This document shows, piece by piece, positions 62,601 through 64,000 of a stretch of DNA of 64,000 nucleotides (its first letter is position 1; each line of letters begins with the position of its first letter). The stretch lies in the NCBI GenBank assembly GCA_002269645.1, contig NIVC01000012.1, positions 682,001-746,000 on the forward strand, in the 5' to 3' direction. Both the position numbers and the translations under genes were made by a program. The notes beneath the pieces were generated by a model, which was not told the origin of the DNA, did no database searches, and worked only from the letters and a program-made list of their open reading frames with translations. This DNA comes from Macrostomum lignano. Its lineage: Eukaryota.

Positions 62601-64000
62601 AGAACAGAGGCAGAGATGCGGACATGCCCAGAATTCCGGTGGCTAAATAGCCAAGCCACCAGGCCCCAATCCACAGGGGACTTTTCTGACTGCCAACAAA
62701 CTGGCTGAGGGTTCCGCTCAGATTCTCGTTCAGCTTTGTCGTCCTGGAGCCAAGCTGGTAGCCCATGATAGGGCCGACTGCCCTCAGCAGAGTGTACAAA
62801 CCTGCGATCCGATTCGGGTGGCAAGTCAGCTTATTGATCAAGTTACCATATTCTTTTATCACTCTAGCACTACGAGATACTCGTACTCAACATAATTAGT
62901 CACCTTCTATAATATGGATAACATCAGTCGAGCCGAAGTGATTATTTTTGGCCCCATAGTTTCTATCCATCTTTGAATGCATTACCATGCAATCAATTAA
63001 AATGCTGCTGATACGACCCCCCCACCCAGTCTCAGCCAATAGGAAGCAGTAGTTTACAAAGGAAACATCTCCCAAGCGAGACTGAAAACTTCGTTCAAGC
63101 AAACTTACAACTTCGCCGATCTTCCTTCTATTACGAGCGTAAGCAATTTTCGACCGATATTATACCTTGAATAAACAACCTCAGAGATAACCGAACTACT
63201 CTGATTCAATAGATTGGCTTAGTTATAACCTGACAAAAGACAACGCTCCCCCTCTTTATACCAGATCGAACTATCTGATACTTAATAACTGATACCAGTA
63301 CTAACTTAGTCCAATTTAATTTAAGGCACAAAGAAGTGAAATTCAGCTCACCAATAAACACGCCAGACCACTGCTTGGTCATGTCATCGATAAAAGCGAA
63401 CGCCACATTCCAGAACGGTCCCACAGCGACGCCCTGGACGACTCCGCCAAATAGGAAGATGACAAAAGCCACGTTAGACTGGATCGCAGAGCTCCATCGA
63501 GTATCGACAAAAGTGAAATTATCTTGCACTCCTGGAGCAGCCATCTCCATCGCCAAGTCATCAGCTGGTGCTTTGCAGTACGGAATCTTCGAGCTGGACA
63601 AAGTTATGGCTGACGAATTTGGACCGCCAGGCCTTGTTCCAAACACCTCCTCGGTGGTGAACTTCGAGCCGAATAACAAATACGGCAGGAAGTAGATGAT
63701 GCCAGTCGTGCCGTAAGCGAAGTTGCACGCAGCCAGCAGCCTGGGCCGGTGGCTCATGCTGCCGAAATGGGCGGTGAACAGCACGGAGGCCAGGTAGCCA
63801 AAATCGTTGGAAGCCAGCACAAAGCCAACTGTTTGAGTCTTCCAGTCGAATCGCTTCTCGAACGTGCTCACCATGGAATTATGATAGGTGCTGAGCAGTG
63901 ATGTAGCGATAGAAGTGCCAATCAGACACATGAAGAATATACTGAAGCGTCGGCAAGACTGCATCCAGGCTGGCCTGAGGCCGCCTATGCCGCAGTGTTG
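59681..64000 (-). CDS. SLCO: Organic anion transporting polypeptide (OATP/SLCO family, MFS fold with Kazal-like loop); 5' end outside the window
   Basis: Exons 63352->64000 (CGIGGLRPAWMQ, FEKRF, SNDFGY), 62439-62801 (WIGAWWLGY), 62043-62207 (KRLFINP...KYLEHHF; not in the ORF track), 61577-61777, 60767-61126 (Kazal-like PVCGGNVTYYSPCVAGC; LRCVQPRDKALAL) and 59681-59994 (YCEMYD); all phase-1 GT-AG junctions. Confidence 0.95.

Overview
Eukaryotic (animal) genomic DNA with GT-AG introns and a very high tandem-repeat load. The Ala/Gln-rich coding style and minisatellite density suggest an invertebrate such as a free-living flatworm (Macrostomum-like); this is inference only. I assembled six spliced genes by hand from splice sites and reading phase: (1) a class A neuropeptide GPCR, SIFamide/NPFF-receptor-like (minus, about 6.0-23.3 kb, repeat-filled introns); (2) a strongly diverged CNOT9/Rcd1 paralog (minus, 2 exons); (3) a BMPER/Crossveinless-2 homolog (minus, 9 exons, 691 aa) lacking the GDPH autocleavage motif; (4) head-to-head with it, a 15-exon, 1031-aa type I membrane protein with two ependymin/LolA-like modules and four PAN/apple domains; (5) a 2-exon DEG/ENaC channel; (6) an OATP/SLCO transporter whose 5' end lies beyond the window. 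Two orphan ORFs are also present. Mobile DNA: an internally deleted DIRS-superfamily (Ngaro/PAT-like) retroelement, two tRNA-headed SINE families (one CORE-like, one with an unrecognised conserved core, and one nested insertion with a 9-bp target-site duplication) and a Tc1-like relic. About 25 micro- and minisatellite arrays occur, many with 20-21 bp units. No CRISPR, rRNA or true tRNA gene was found. Repeat boundaries are approximate; exon coordinates were counted by hand.
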